Source: Pleomorphomonas sp.
GTDB taxonomy: Bacteria > Pseudomonadota > Alphaproteobacteria > Rhizobiales > Pleomorphomonadaceae
Length of the DNA stretch: 64,000 nucleotides
Direction of reading: 5' to 3'
Assembly (NCBI GenBank): GCA_041687675.1
Contig: JAWLBM010000002.1
Span: 112,731-176,730 of the forward strand
Of the stretch, positions 20,550 to 30,699 are shown piece by piece. Under the pieces are notes generated by a model. It was not told the DNA's origin. It saw only the letters and a list, made by a program, of their open reading frames with translations, and ran no database searches. The translations under genes were made by a program, and so were the position numbers. The stretch's first letter is position 1, and each line of letters begins with the position of its first letter.

Positions 20550-22367
20550 ATGGACGCGGACAAGACGCCGGGGGCCGAGTCGCCCCTGCTGCGGTACATC
20601 GTGAACAACCCGGAGGCCTTCGCCCACAACATCGCGGCCATGGTCGAGCAGTTCGGCCGCGCCGCCGCCGCCTATGTCGAGCCGCGCGAGAAGGGCGAGG
20701 TCAAGGCGGTCGCCTCGGACGAGATGACCGAGGTGGTCAAGACGCTCGCCAAGGTCGGCGAGTTCTGGATGCGCGACCCGCAGCGCTACATGGAGGCGCA
20801 GAACCGGCTGATGGCCGGCTACATGAACCTGTGGTCGTCGAGCCTCAAGCGGATGATGGGCGAGCCGGCGGCGCCGGCGGCCGAGCCGGAGCCCGGCGAC
20901 AGGCGCTTCCAGGACGAGGACTGGCGGGCGCACCAGTTCTACGACTTCGTCAAGCAGTTCTACCTGATCTCCAGCCGCTGGGCGCAGGAACTGGTCGAGG
21001 AGGCCGGCGGCCTCGACGAGCACACAAAGCACAAGGCGGACTTCTACATCCGCCAGATCGCCGCCGCCCTTTCCCCGTCCAACTTCGTGCTGACCAACCC
21101 GGAGCTGATGCGGGAGACGCTGGAGACCAACGGCGAGAATCTCGTCCGCGGCCTCAAGATGCTCGCCGAGGACATCGAGGCCGGCGGGGGCGAGTTGCGG
21201 ATCCGCCAGTCGGACCCGGGCCAGTTCAAGGTCGGCGTCAACCTCGCCCTCACCCCGGGCAAGGTGATCCACCAGAACGAGGTCTGCCAGATCCTCCAGT
21301 ACCAGCCCTCGACGGACAAGGTGCTGAAGCGGCCGCTGCTGATCGTGCCGCCGTGGATCAACAAGTTCTACATCCTCGACCTCACGCCCGAGAAGTCGTT
21401 CATCAAGTGGGCGGTGGACCAGGGCCACACGGTCTTCGTGATCTCCTGGGTCAACCCGAACCGGCGGCACGCGGAGAAGAGCTTCGAGCACTACATGAAG
21501 GAGGGCATCGTCGAGGCCCTCGACGTCATCGAGGCGGTGACGAAGGTGCGCGAGGTGAATGCCATCGGCTACTGCGTCGGCGGCACGCTGCTGGCGGTCG
21601 CGCTCGCCTGGATGGCCAAGGCCGGCGACGACCGGATCCGCACGGCCACCTTCTTCACCACCCAGGTGGACTTCCGCAATGCCGGCGACCTCAAGGTCTT
21701 CGTCGACGAGGAGCAGATCCGCATCCTCGAGGAGAAGATGAGCGAGCGCGGCTACCTCGAGGGCAAGAAGATGGCCGCGGCCTTCAACTCGCTGAGGGCC
21801 AACGACCTGATCTGGCCCTATTTCGTCAACAACTACATGCGCGGCAAGGAGCCCTTCCCGTTCGATCTCCTATTCTGGAACTCCGATTCCACCCGCATGC
21901 CGGCGGCCAACCACTCCTTTTACCTGCGCAACTGCTACCTGGAGAACCGCCTCGCCGAGGGCACCATGGAGATCGCCGGGACGCGGCTGGACCTCCACTC
22001 GGTGACCATCCCGATCTACAACCTCGCCACCCGCGAGGACCACATCGCCCCGGCGAAGTCGGTCTTCGTCGGCTCGCAGCTGTTCGGCGGGCCGGTGGAG
22101 TATGTGATGGCGGGATCGGGGCACATCGCCGGCGTGGTCAACCCGCCGGCGCGAAAGAAGTACCAGTACTGGACCGGCGGCCCGCCCAAGGGCGACCTCA
22201 AGGACTGGATCGCCGCCGCCGAGGAGCACGCCGGCTCCTGGTGGCCGCACTGGGACGCCTGGATCCGGAGCCACGACGACACCACCGTCAAGGCCCGCAA
22301 GGTGGGCGGCGGCCGCTACAAGCCGATCGAGGACGCGCCGGGCCGCTACGTCACCGTCCGGAGCTGA
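20550..22367 (+). CDS. phaC: Class I poly(3-hydroxyalkanoate) polymerase (PHA synthase)
   Basis: Lipase box GYCVGG, conserved PhaC N-domain (...[15 protein letters not shown]...), ~605 aa. ATG at 20550 preceded by GGGGGAG. Confidence 0.88.
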   Translation: MDADKTPGAESPLLRYIVNNPEAFAHNIAAMVEQFGRAAAAYVEPREKGEVKAVASDEMTEVVKTLAKVGEFWMRDPQRYMEAQNRLMAGYMNLWSSSLKRMMGEPAAPAAEPEPGDRRFQDEDWRAHQFYDFVKQFYLISSRWAQELVEEAGGLDEHTKHKADFYIRQIAAALSPSNFVLTNPELMRETLETNGENLVRGLKMLAEDIEAGGGELRIRQSDPGQFKVGVNLALTPGKVIHQNEVCQILQYQPSTDKVLKRPLLIVPPWINKFYILDLTPEKSFIKWAVDQGHTVFVISWVNPNRRHAEKSFEHYMKEGIVEALDVIEAVTKVREVNAIGYCVGGTLLAVALAWMAKAGDDRIRTATFFTTQVDFRNAGDLKVFVDEEQIRILEEKMSERGYLEGKKMAAAFNSLRANDLIWPYFVNNYMRGKEPFPFDLLFWNSDSTRMPAANHSFYLRNCYLENRLAEGTMEIAGTRLDLHSVTIPIYNLATREDHIAPAKSVFVGSQLFGGPVEYVMAGSGHIAGVVNPPARKKYQYWTGGPPKGDLKDWIAAAEEHAGSWWPHWDAWIRSHDDTTVKARKVGGGRYKPIEDAPGRYVTVRS

Positions 22368-22734
22368 CCGGCCCGTCGCCGCGGCCGAGGACGGAGAGGC
22401 CGGCGAGGAGCCAGGCCGCCATCAGCGCGAAGCCGCCGGAGGGCGCCGCCATCGGGAAGAGGTGCCGGCCCTGGAAGGCCCTGAGCGCCAGGTCGCCGGA
22501 GAAGAGCAGCACGCCGACGACCATCACCAGGGCGGCGAGGCGGCGGAGCGCCGCCGATCCCGCCCGCGGCGTGGCGAGGCCGAGCAGCGCCGCGGCGTGC
22601 AGCAGGGCCATCCATCCGGCGGTGTCGAGGTTCGCCCCCGGCGCCGCATGTGCCCCCGCCGCCGAGAGCGCGACGCCGGCGGCGCCGAGGAGCCCCGCGG
22701 AAAGGCCGATCGTCCTGTCGAAGCCGCTTGCCAT
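22351..22734 (-). CDS. DUF423 (YgdD/TMEM256-like) small membrane protein
   Basis: 127 aa with four predicted TM helices ([17 protein letters not shown]..., [16 protein letters not shown]...). The 3' end overlaps the phaC 3' end convergently by 17 nt. Confidence 0.6.
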   Translation of the reverse strand: MASGFDRTIGLSAGLLGAAGVALSAAGAHAAPGANLDTAGWMALLHAAALLGLATPRAGSAALRRLAALVMVVGVLLFSGDLALRAFQGRHLFPMAAPSGGFALMAAWLLAGLSVLGRGDGPVSSGR

Positions 22735-22827
22735 GTCCGCGTCCCTTTCCTCGTGATTGGCTTCCGTACCCGTTTCATGCCATAGCCGCGCGATGACGAC
22801 CACGCGCCACGGTGTCCGGGGAGCGGC

Positions 22828-23649
22828 GTGCTGATCCCGATCGACGACATCGACGACCCGCGCCTCGACGGCTACCGGAACCTCCGCGACCGCGACCTGC
22901 GCGACGCCCACGGCGGCCGCTTCGTCGCCGAGGGCGAGAGCGTGCTCAAGGTGCTGCTGTCGCCGGCGAGCCTCGCGTCGGCGGAGAGCCTGCTCGTCGC
23001 CGCAAATCGCGTCGACACGGTCCGCCGGATGGTCGGGGGGCGCGATGCGCCGCCCGTCTATGTCGCCCCGCCCGGGATGATGGAGCGGATCGTCGGCTTC
23101 GACATGCACCGCGGGCTGCTCGGCCTCGGCCTCAGGCCGCGGCCCCTCGAGGCGGCGGCGCTGTTGGCGGACCGCCCTCGCCTCGCCCTAGGCCTCGCCT
23201 CGATCGCCAACCACGACAACGTCGGCGGCATCTTCCGCAACGCGGCCGGCTTCGGCGTCGGCGCGGCGCTCATCGATCCCGCGACGGCAGATCCCTATTA
23301 CCGCAAGGCGCTGCGGGTCTCGGTCGGCGGCGTCCTCCGGGTGCCCCAGGCGCGGGTCGCCTCCGCCGACGCCATGGTGGACGCCTTCCTCGCCGCCGGC
23401 TACCGGGTGCTCGCCCTCTCCCCGCGCGGGGCGCGCCGCCTCGACGAGGTGGACCGGACCGGGCCGCTGGCGCTGATGCTCGGCACGGAGGGCCCGGGCC
23501 TGCCCGAGAGCGTGATGGCGCGCTGCGAGACCGTCCGCATCGACATGCACGCCGGCTTCGACAGCCTCAACGTCGCCGTCACCGCCGGCATCGCCATCTA
23601 CGAGCTTTCAAGAAGCGAGAGCGCTTTCCGATCAGGTGGACTCATCTGA
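22828..23649 (+). CDS. TrmH/SpoU family RNA 2'-O-methyltransferase
   Basis: 273 aa. SPOUT motifs (LALMLGTEGPGLP, NVAVTAGIAIYEL). GTG start with GGGGAG RBS. Confidence 0.75.
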   Translation: MLIPIDDIDDPRLDGYRNLRDRDLRDAHGGRFVAEGESVLKVLLSPASLASAESLLVAANRVDTVRRMVGGRDAPPVYVAPPGMMERIVGFDMHRGLLGLGLRPRPLEAAALLADRPRLALGLASIANHDNVGGIFRNAAGFGVGAALIDPATADPYYRKALRVSVGGVLRVPQARVASADAMVDAFLAAGYRVLALSPRGARRLDEVDRTGPLALMLGTEGPGLPESVMARCETVRIDMHAGFDSLNVAVTAGIAIYELSRSESAFRSGGLI

Positions 23650-23679
23650 TCGACAAGAAATCGCTCCAGAGTGAGAGCT

Positions 23680-24723
23680 TTAAACCTCCGGGATCCGCCA
23701 CAGCCGGTCGGGCGGAAGGCCGAGGTGCACGGTCTCGCCCGGGCGAAGCCCGCGGCCCGCCACCGCGTCGACGGCCGCCGAAAGGCGGATGCCCGCGGCC
23801 TCCGCGACCACCAGCGCATGGGTGCCGCGGTAGGCCGCCTCCCGCACCACCGCCTCGAGCGTATTCGGACCCGCCGGGGCGGCGAGCGCGACGGCCTCCG
23901 GGCGGATCGCCAGGGTGGCCGGCCCGGACGGCCCGGGGTCCGAGAGCGCGAGGCGCCCCAGCGGCGACACGAAGGCCCCCTCCTCCACCCGCCCCTCGAC
24001 CAGGTTGGAGGCGCCGAAGAACACCGCCGCCGCGCGGCTGGCCGGCCGCTCGAACAGGTCCTCCGGCGGTCCCTCCTGCAGGATGCGCCCGTCCATCATC
24101 AGCGCGATCCGGTCGCCCACCGCCACGGCCTCCTCCCGGTCGTGCGTCACGAACAGGGTCGTCGTCCCGGTCTCCCGGACGAGGGCGGCGATCTCGGCGC
24201 GAAGGTCGGACCGGAGTTCCGGGTCGAGGCTCGACAGCGGCTCGTCGAGGAGCAGCACCCGCGGCCGGACGACGAGGGCCCTGGCGAGCGCCACCCGCTG
24301 TGCCTGCCCCCCGGAAAGCTCCCCCGGCCGCCGGTCGGCGAAGCCGGCGAGGCGCACGCGGGCGAGCATGGCCTCCACCTCGGCGGCGACCCGACCGCGC
24401 GGCAGCCCGCGCATCCTCGGGCCGAAGCCGACGTTCGCCTCGACGCTCATGTGCGGGAAGAGCAGCGTCTGCTGCACCATCATCACCGCGCCGCGGCGCT
24501 CCGGCGCGACCGCCGTGACATCCTCTCCGTCCAGCATCACCCGTCCGGCGTCCGGCGCCGAGATGCCGGCGACGAGGCGGAGCAGCGTGGACTTGCCGCA
24601 GCCGGACGGCCCGACGACGGCCGTCACGGACCCGGCGGCAAGGTCCAGCGAGACGTCGTCGACGGCCGGCCGCTGCGCGCCGGGAAACCGCCGGACCAGA
24701 TGTTGCAGCGAGACGCGGCTCAT
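23680..24723 (-). CDS. ABC transporter ATP-binding protein with C-terminal TOBE-like domain (PotA/FbpC-like)
   Basis: 347 aa. Walker A GPSGCGKST, LSGGQAQRVALARAL, LLLDEPLSSLD. The start overlaps the upstream permease gene by 4 nt. Confidence 0.85.
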   Translation of the reverse strand: MSRVSLQHLVRRFPGAQRPAVDDVSLDLAAGSVTAVVGPSGCGKSTLLRLVAGISAPDAGRVMLDGEDVTAVAPERRGAVMMVQQTLLFPHMSVEANVGFGPRMRGLPRGRVAAEVEAMLARVRLAGFADRRPGELSGGQAQRVALARALVVRPRVLLLDEPLSSLDPELRSDLRAEIAALVRETGTTTLFVTHDREEAVAVGDRIALMMDGRILQEGPPEDLFERPASRAAAVFFGASNLVEGRVEEGAFVSPLGRLALSDPGPSGPATLAIRPEAVALAAPAGPNTLEAVVREAAYRGTHALVVAEAAGIRLSAAVDAVAGRGLRPGETVHLGLPPDRLWRIPEV

Positions 24724-25583
24724 CGCCCGCCCCTCCGCCGCCCCGGCCGCGGCCGGACCCGGGCGAGATGGCGCGACGAGGCGGCGAGCACCAGCGCCCC
24801 GGGCAACACCGTGAACACCGCCGCCACCCCGGCGACGTCCAGCCGGCCCGCGCCGGCGAACTGGGTCAGGATCAGCGGCATGGTGGTGACCCGGCCCGCG
24901 CCGATCAGCAGGGTCAGGGCGTACTGGCTCCAGGAGACGAGAAAGGCGAGCGCCCCGGCGACCGCGATGGCCGGCGCCAGCATCGGCAGCGTCACATGCC
25001 GGAGCACGGCGAGGCGGCCGGCGCCGAGCATCCGCGCCTGGTCCTCGTAGGCGGTGTCGTGGTTGGCGAAGGCCGCCGCGATCACGAGCACGCTGTAGGG
25101 CAGCGCCGGCACGAGGTGGACGAGCATCACGCCCGCCGGCGTCCCCGCGAGGCCGAGGCGGATGAAGATGCCGTGCAGGCCCATGCCGATCGCGATCACG
25201 GGCACCACCGCCGGGGCGAGGATCAGCGCCTCGACGAGACCCTTGCCGGGAAAATCGTGGAGCCCGAGGGCGCGACCCGCCGGAATGCCCACCGCCAGCG
25301 ACAGAATGCTCGCCGCCAGCGCCACGCCAAGCGAGGTCGCGAAGGCCTCTACCATACCGGAAACCGGCGAGAACGCATAGGCATAGGCGGAAAGGCTGAA
25401 GTCGGGCACGAGGTCGGGGAAGAACCATCCCCGGCCGAAGGACCAGAGCAGCACCGGCAGCAGCGGCGCCGCGAGCCAGAGCGCCAGCAGCCAGGCGGGC
25501 AGCAGCCGGGTCCGGCGGGCGGGGGTTTCCGCCCGCTCGGCGGACGGGGCGGACAGGCCGGCGATGAGGTCGGCGGCGCTCAT
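24720..25583 (-). CDS. ABC transporter permease (BPD_transp_1 fold)
   Basis: 287 aa, six TM segments. EAA-like loop ...YEDQARMLGAGRLAVLRHVTLP. Embedded in artefactual ORF 24720..25970. Confidence 0.8.
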   Translation of the reverse strand: MSAADLIAGLSAPSAERAETPARRTRLLPAWLLALWLAAPLLPVLLWSFGRGWFFPDLVPDFSLSAYAYAFSPVSGMVEAFATSLGVALAASILSLAVGIPAGRALGLHDFPGKGLVEALILAPAVVPVIAIGMGLHGIFIRLGLAGTPAGVMLVHLVPALPYSVLVIAAAFANHDTAYEDQARMLGAGRLAVLRHVTLPMLAPAIAVAGALAFLVSWSQYALTLLIGAGRVTTMPLILTQFAGAGRLDVAGVAAVFTVLPGALVLAASSRHLARVRPRPGRRRGGR

Positions 25584-26482
25584 CGCCCGCCCCCGGCGCC
25601 GCCGGAGAGGGCGACCAGGCGACGGTAGCCCGCGATCATCAGGAAACAGGCGCTGGACAGCATCAGCGTCAGCGCCACCGCGGCCGGCCGGTCGGCGATG
25701 TCGCTGGAGGTGAACATCTCGGTGGCCAGCACCGGCAGCAGCTTCGGATGGCTGGCGCCCAGCACCGCCGGAACCTCGTAGGCGGTGAGGACGAAGGCGA
25801 ACACCATTGCCGAGGCCGCCAGGGTTCCCGGCAGGATCGCCGGCAGGGTGACGTGGCGGAACGCCTGCCAGCGGCTGGCGCCGAGCGTGCGGGCGACCTC
25901 CCTCGGCCCCTCGCCGAGGTTCGCGAGCAGGGAGAGCACCACCGCGCCGATGAAGGGCACCTCCTTCCACAGATAGGCCAGGGTGATCCCGAGCCCGTGC
26001 GGATCATGGGTGAGCGCCGGGAAGTCCGCCGGGCCGTCGATCCAGCCCGCGGCATGCGCGATGCGGGCGAGGAGCCCCGACTGGGCCACCAGCAGCCCCA
26101 TGCCCACCGCCGCGACCACATGCGGCACCGTGAGGTTCAGCTGGAAGAGGAGTGCGGCCGCCCGGCCATGTCGGCGGGTGCGCAGCGCACGGTCGAGCAC
26201 CACCGCCGCGGCGACGCCGAGAACGGCCGCGGCGGCGGTCACCACCGCCGCCACCGCCAGCGTGAGGAGCGCCGATTCGACGATCCCCGGGATGGCGAGC
26301 GCCCGGGCGTAGTGCTGCAGCGTCGGCGCGCCGCCCGTCCCGAAGGGCGAGAGGCCGAGGCTGCGGCCGAGGCCGAGGACCAGCGCGGCGAGGAACAGGC
26401 CGCCGACGCCGACGACCGCGGGCGCCAGCATCAGGGCGACCGACCAGTGGCCCGGCCCCCGTCGGCGCGCCTGCGCCCTCAC
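25580..26482 (-). CDS. ABC transporter permease (second membrane component)
   Basis: About 300 aa with loop ...REVARTLGASRWQAFRHVTLP. Proposed GTG start forms a GTGA overlap with the SBP stop; an alternative ATG (MLAPAVV...) lies 51 nt downstream. Confidence 0.7.
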   Translation of the reverse strand: MRAQARRRGPGHWSVALMLAPAVVGVGGLFLAALVLGLGRSLGLSPFGTGGAPTLQHYARALAIPGIVESALLTLAVAAVVTAAAAVLGVAAAVVLDRALRTRRHGRAAALLFQLNLTVPHVVAAVGMGLLVAQSGLLARIAHAAGWIDGPADFPALTHDPHGLGITLAYLWKEVPFIGAVVLSLLANLGEGPREVARTLGASRWQAFRHVTLPAILPGTLAASAMVFAFVLTAYEVPAVLGASHPKLLPVLATEMFTSSDIADRPAAVALTLMLSSACFLMIAGYRRLVALSGGAGGGR

Positions 26483-27708
26483 CGGCCGACGGTCTCGATC
26501 CAGCCCCTCTCGATCGCGGTCACCCATTCCGCGGAGAGTTCGGGCATGGCGCGGTCGGCGAGTTCCTCGGCGGGCGCCACCGCCGGGTGGCGCGGGATGG
26601 TGCGGAAGGCGGCCGCCTCCGCGGGCGCGAGGCGGTCCATGTCGAGCACCGTCTCCATGCCCCAGACCTCGGGATCGGCCTTGTGAAGCTGCGCCTCGAC
26701 GCCGGTGAGGAGGTTCGCCACCACCATCGCCGCCTCCGGGTTGGCCGCATTGGCGGGGATCGCCAGGTAGGAGGTGTTGCCAATGGTGCCATCGTCGAAG
26801 GCGTAGGAGCGGGTGGTCTCGGGGAAGATGCCGTTGATGACGCCCGCGCCGAAGGCCGTCGGCTCGTAGTTGAAGGTGAAGTCCACCTCGGAGTTGGCGA
26901 AGAGCGAATTGAGCTGGGTGATGTCGGTCGGGTAGGTTGTCCCCTCCCGCCAGAGGAAGGGCTCGATCTCGTTCAGCAGCGCCCAGGCCTTCGGCGCCAC
27001 CTCGTCGAACCTCGCCTGGTCGAAGGGCCCGGCCAGCGCCTCCGGGCCGCCCGCCACGTGGTAGAAGACGTGGCGCACGAAGGCGGAGCCGTTGAAGTCG
27101 GGCGGCGCGGCGTAGGTGAAGCGGCCAGGGTTCTCCCGGATCCAGTCGAGCAGCGCGGGAAGGGTGAGCGGCGGCTCGGCGACCCGGGCACCGTCGAAGG
27201 CCATGGCGAACTGCGCCCGGCTCCAGGGCGCCTCGCAGCCGTCCACCGGCGTACCGAAGTCCGTCGCGATGGCCGGGTCGGTCCAGTCGACGAGTGCGGC
27301 ATTGGGGATCCGGTCGGCCCAGCCGCAGTGGAGAAGGCCGTTCTCCTTGAGGGTCCGGAAGTTCTCGCCGTTGATCCAGACGAGGTCGACGGAGCCCCCC
27401 TCGGTGACGCCCGCCTCGGTCTCGGAGACGACGAGGTTCACCGCCTCGGCGGTGTCGGCGATGCCGACCCGGTTCACGGTGATCCCGTGGCGGTCGCGCG
27501 CGAGATCGGCGAGGAAGGAGGAGACGTAGGCGTTGATCCTGTCGTCGCCGCCCCACAGGAAGAAGTTGACGGTGCCGCCCTCGGCCGCCGCCTCGATCTC
27601 GGCATAGGGGCGCCCGTCGATCTCGCCGGCCGTCGCCGCGCCCGTCCAGCCGATCGCCAGCGCCATCGCCGCGCCCGCCAGGCCCTTGCCCTTGGTCCGT
27701 CCTCGCAT
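26479..27708 (-). CDS. ABC transporter periplasmic substrate-binding protein (thiamine/polyamine/Fe3+-type SBP superfamily, substrate unknown)
   Basis: Signal peptide MRGRTKGKGLAGAAMALAIGWTGAATA. About 410 aa, first gene of a four-gene ABC operon. GGAGGA RBS. Confidence 0.75.
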   Translation of the reverse strand: MRGRTKGKGLAGAAMALAIGWTGAATAGEIDGRPYAEIEAAAEGGTVNFFLWGGDDRINAYVSSFLADLARDRHGITVNRVGIADTAEAVNLVVSETEAGVTEGGSVDLVWINGENFRTLKENGLLHCGWADRIPNAALVDWTDPAIATDFGTPVDGCEAPWSRAQFAMAFDGARVAEPPLTLPALLDWIRENPGRFTYAAPPDFNGSAFVRHVFYHVAGGPEALAGPFDQARFDEVAPKAWALLNEIEPFLWREGTTYPTDITQLNSLFANSEVDFTFNYEPTAFGAGVINGIFPETTRSYAFDDGTIGNTSYLAIPANAANPEAAMVVANLLTGVEAQLHKADPEVWGMETVLDMDRLAPAEAAAFRTIPRHPAVAPAEELADRAMPELSAEWVTAIERGWIETVGR

Positions 27709-27821
27709 GCGGTGTCCTCCTCCACGTCCGCCACCCGGGGATGTTAGGGGGCTCCGCGCCAAGGGCGAGGATGGACCACCCGGCCCGGCCGTCAACTTGT
27801 GCTGATGGGCGCGTGATCCAA

Positions 27822-27866
27822 AAGGAGAAGGGGCCGCCTTTCGGCAGCCCCTCCAAGGTTTCCGGC
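27822..27866 (-). terminator. Rho-independent terminator downstream of rpsI
   Basis: Minus-strand hairpin AGGGGCTGCC-GAAA-GGCGGCCCCT followed by TCTCCTTTTGG. Confidence 0.55.
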
Positions 27867-27880
27867 ACGGATCGCGAGGA

Positions 27881-28354
27881 TCAGCGCTTGGAGAACTGGA
27901 AGCTCCGGCGGGCCTTGGCGCGGCCGTACTTCTTGCGCTCCACCACGCGGCTGTCGCGGGTGAGGAAGCCGAGCTTCTTCAGGACGCCGCGAAGGCCCGG
28001 CTCGTAGTAGGTCAGCGCCTTCGACAGGCCGTGGCGCAGCGCGCCGGCCTGGCCGGAGAGGCCGCCGCCGGCGACGGTGGCGACCACGTCGAACTGGCCG
28101 TCACGATCGGCGGCGAGGATCGGCTGGCGCACGATCATCTGCAGCACCGGCCGGCCGAAGTAGGCGGTGAAGTCCTTGTCATTGACGAGGATCTTGCCGG
28201 AGCCCGGCTTGATCCAGACGCGGGCGACCGCGTCCTTGCGCTTGCCGGTGGCGTAGGCGCGGCCGAACTTGTCCAGCTTCTGGACGTGGACCGGGGCCTC
28301 GACGACGGTCTCGGACGCGGTGCCGAGTTCGGACAGGGAGGAAAGCTCGGCCAT
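27881..28354 (-). CDS. rpsI: 30S ribosomal protein S9
   Basis: ...[14 protein letters not shown]...[19 protein letters not shown]...[20 protein letters not shown] at 28354 chosen (the ORF track starts two codons earlier at TTG). Confidence 0.9.
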   Translation of the reverse strand: MAELSSLSELGTASETVVEAPVHVQKLDKFGRAYATGKRKDAVARVWIKPGSGKILVNDKDFTAYFGRPVLQMIVRQPILAADRDGQFDVVATVAGGGLSGQAGALRHGLSKALTYYEPGLRGVLKKLGFLTRDSRVVERKKYGRAKARRSFQFSKR

Positions 28355-28356
28355 GC

Positions 28357-28818
28357 TCAAGCCCTCGCATTCTTCTTGTTCATGGACTTGACGTCGAGCA
28401 GCTGGGGCTGCTGCGCCTCGTGCGGATGCTCGGAACCGGCGTAGACCCGCAGGTTCTTGAGCTGGCGGCGGCCGAGCGGCCCTTCCGGGATCATGCGCTC
28501 GACGGCCTTCTCGAGCACGCGCTCGGGGAAGCGGCCCTCGATGATCTGGCGCGCCGTGCGCTCCTTGATCCCGCCGATCCAGCCGGTGTGCCAGTAGTAC
28601 TTCTTGTCGGTGTACTTGCGGCCGGTGAGCACCACCTTGTCGGCGTTGATCACGATCACGTTGTCACCGTCGTCGACATGCGGGGTGAAGGAGGCCTTGT
28701 GCTTGCCGCGCAGGCGCATCGCGATGAGCGAGGCGAGGCGACCGACAACGAGGCCATCGGCGTCGATGAGAATCCATTTCTTCTCAACATCCGCCGGCTT
28801 CGCCGAAAAGGTCTTCAT
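28357..28818 (-). CDS. rplM: 50S ribosomal protein L13
   Basis: [62 protein letters not shown]... Start at an internal Met of the longer ORF 28357..28983. Confidence 0.9.
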   Translation of the reverse strand: MKTFSAKPADVEKKWILIDADGLVVGRLASLIAMRLRGKHKASFTPHVDDGDNVIVINADKVVLTGRKYTDKKYYWHTGWIGGIKERTARQIIEGRFPERVLEKAVERMIPEGPLGRRQLKNLRVYAGSEHPHEAQQPQLLDVKSMNKKNARA

Positions 28819-28921
28819 GGGCGTGAACCGTTCGTTTGGTCTTCGTTGCACCGCCGGAGCGGCGGAGCCGTCCGAAAGAGGAAACGGCGGCCCGCCATCC
28901 GGACCGCCATCGTCGAGCCGG

Positions 28922-28950
28922 GGTATACGTGACCGGATCGATGCCGTCAA
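28922..28950 (-). promoter_or_regulatory. Candidate sigma-70 promoter for the rplM-rpsI operon (TTGACG-N17-TATACC)
   Basis: Read on the minus strand ~100 nt upstream of the rplM start. The surrounding segment 28920-29030 is distinctly lower-GC than its flanks. Confidence 0.3.
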
Positions 28951-29065
28951 GTCCGGCATCCTGTCGAAGTCACTACAAATCAATGACTTAGCGATACGGT
29001 AAAATAGTACCGCATGTTTTTCGACGCAAGGAGGCCGTCGCCGGGCCCGCGGATGCGCCCGTTGC

Positions 29066-29821
29066 TCAGTCCTCGTCGCGGCCGGGGGAGGCCCAGTCGA
29101 GCAGGTCCGGCGCGTCCAGCGGCTCCTCGTCGGGCAGGAGGTCCTCGTCGGCGCGGGGCAGCGGGATCTTGAAGCCGGGCGGCACCGTGCCCTCCAGCAG
29201 GCCCGCTCCCCGCAGGTCCTCCAGCCCCGGCAGGTCGGCGATCCGCTCGAGGCCGAAATGGGCGAGGAAGGCGTCCGTGGTGCCGTAGGTGACCGGGCGC
29301 CCGGGCGAGCGGCGGCGGCCGCGCATGCGGATCCAGCCGGTCTCGAGCAGCACGTCCACCGTTCCCTTGGCGGTGGAGACGCCGCGGATCTCCTCGATCT
29401 CGGCCCGCGTCACCGGCTGGTGGTAGGCGATGATCGCCAGCGTCTCGAGCGCCGCCCGTGACAGCCGCTTCTGCTCCACCGCCTCCTGCCGCAGCAGGAA
29501 GCCGAGATCCTCGGCCGTGCGGAACATCCAGAGCCCGGCCACCTTGACGAGGTTCACCCCGCGCGGGCGGTAGAGCCGGACGAGGCCGGCGAGCGCGGCC
29601 GCAACGTCGGTGCCCTCGGGGAGCCGCGAGGCGATGTCCTCCTCCGACAGCGGGATCGCCGAGGCGAACAGCAGCGCCTCGGCGACGCGCATGGCCGCGA
29701 CGTGCCGCTCGGCCGCCTCAGGGTCGTCCGGCGCGGGTTCCTCCGCAAGGCCGGGGATCTGCGGTTCCTCGTCCTCGGCCGCCATCGGCCCCCCTCGCCT
29801 GTCGCCGTCGCGCGCGCTCAT
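29066..29821 (-). CDS. scpB: Segregation and condensation protein B
   Basis: ...[24 protein letters not shown]...[46 protein letters not shown]. The chosen start MSARD... gives an ATGA overlap with the scpA stop; an alternative start (MAAEDEE) is 36 nt downstream. Confidence 0.8.
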   Translation of the reverse strand: MSARDGDRRGGPMAAEDEEPQIPGLAEEPAPDDPEAAERHVAAMRVAEALLFASAIPLSEEDIASRLPEGTDVAAALAGLVRLYRPRGVNLVKVAGLWMFRTAEDLGFLLRQEAVEQKRLSRAALETLAIIAYHQPVTRAEIEEIRGVSTAKGTVDVLLETGWIRMRGRRRSPGRPVTYGTTDAFLAHFGLERIADLPGLEDLRGAGLLEGTVPPGFKIPLPRADEDLLPDEEPLDAPDLLDWASPGRDED

Positions 29822-30681
29822 GCGCCCTCCCCGCCGTCGAGGTCCAGTTCCGGCTCCGGCTCCACCGGCGCCGGCGCGGCCCGCACGTAGAGCGGGGCGA
29901 AGGCGCCGGACTGGCGGATCTCCATCCGGCCCTCGCGGACGAGTTCCAGCATCGCCGAGAAGGAGGAGGCCCGCACCGTCGCCCGCTGGTCGGGCCGGTC
30001 CATGTAGGGCAGCAGGAAGCTCTCGATCGGCGCCCACTCTGCCATGCCGCCGATCAGCCGCGTCAGGATCTCGCGAGCGTCGGACAGCGACCAGACCGTG
30101 CGGCGCCGCACGTGGACGGTGGACACCATCTGCCGCTGGCGCTGGGCGGCATAGGCGGAGATCAGGTCGTACAGCGAGGCGTCCCACTCGGCGAGCCGGG
30201 CGATCGCCACCGGCTCGGGGGCGCCGCGGGGGAACACGTCGCGGCCGAGGCGCGGACGGGCGACCAGCCGGGCGGCGGCCTCGCGCATCGCCTCCAGCCG
30301 CTGCAGGCGGAAGGCCAGCAGCCCGGCGAGTTCCTCCGCCGTCGGCTCCTCGCCGCCCGTCTCGGGTTCCGGCAGCAGCAGGCGGGACTTGAGGTAGGCG
30401 AGCCAGGCCGCCATCACCAGGTAGTCCGCGGCGAGCTCCAGCCTGAGGCGCCTCAGTTCCTCGACGAAGGCGAGATACTGGTCGGCGAGCGCCAGGATCG
30501 AGATCCTGGAAAGGTCCACCTTCTGGCTGCGGGCGAGCGTCAGCAGCAGGTCCAGCGGCCCCTCGAACCCCTCGACGTCGACGATCAGCGCGCGCTCGCC
30601 GACCGCCCGCGGCGGCTCGTCCCAGCCGGCGCCGGCGTCCTCGGCAGTCGCTCGTCCGGTGGCGTCCGGGGGTGTCGTCAA
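29818..30681 (-). CDS. scpA: Segregation and condensation protein A
   Basis: 287 aa with the ScpA family signature (...FEGPLDLLLTLARSQKVDLSRISILALADQYLAFV...). Confidence 0.85.
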   Translation of the reverse strand: MTTPPDATGRATAEDAGAGWDEPPRAVGERALIVDVEGFEGPLDLLLTLARSQKVDLSRISILALADQYLAFVEELRRLRLELAADYLVMAAWLAYLKSRLLLPEPETGGEEPTAEELAGLLAFRLQRLEAMREAAARLVARPRLGRDVFPRGAPEPVAIARLAEWDASLYDLISAYAAQRQRQMVSTVHVRRRTVWSLSDAREILTRLIGGMAEWAPIESFLLPYMDRPDQRATVRASSFSAMLELVREGRMEIRQSGAFAPLYVRAAPAPVEPEPELDLDGGEGA

Positions 30682-30699
30682 GGGATCTCTTCGGTTGCG

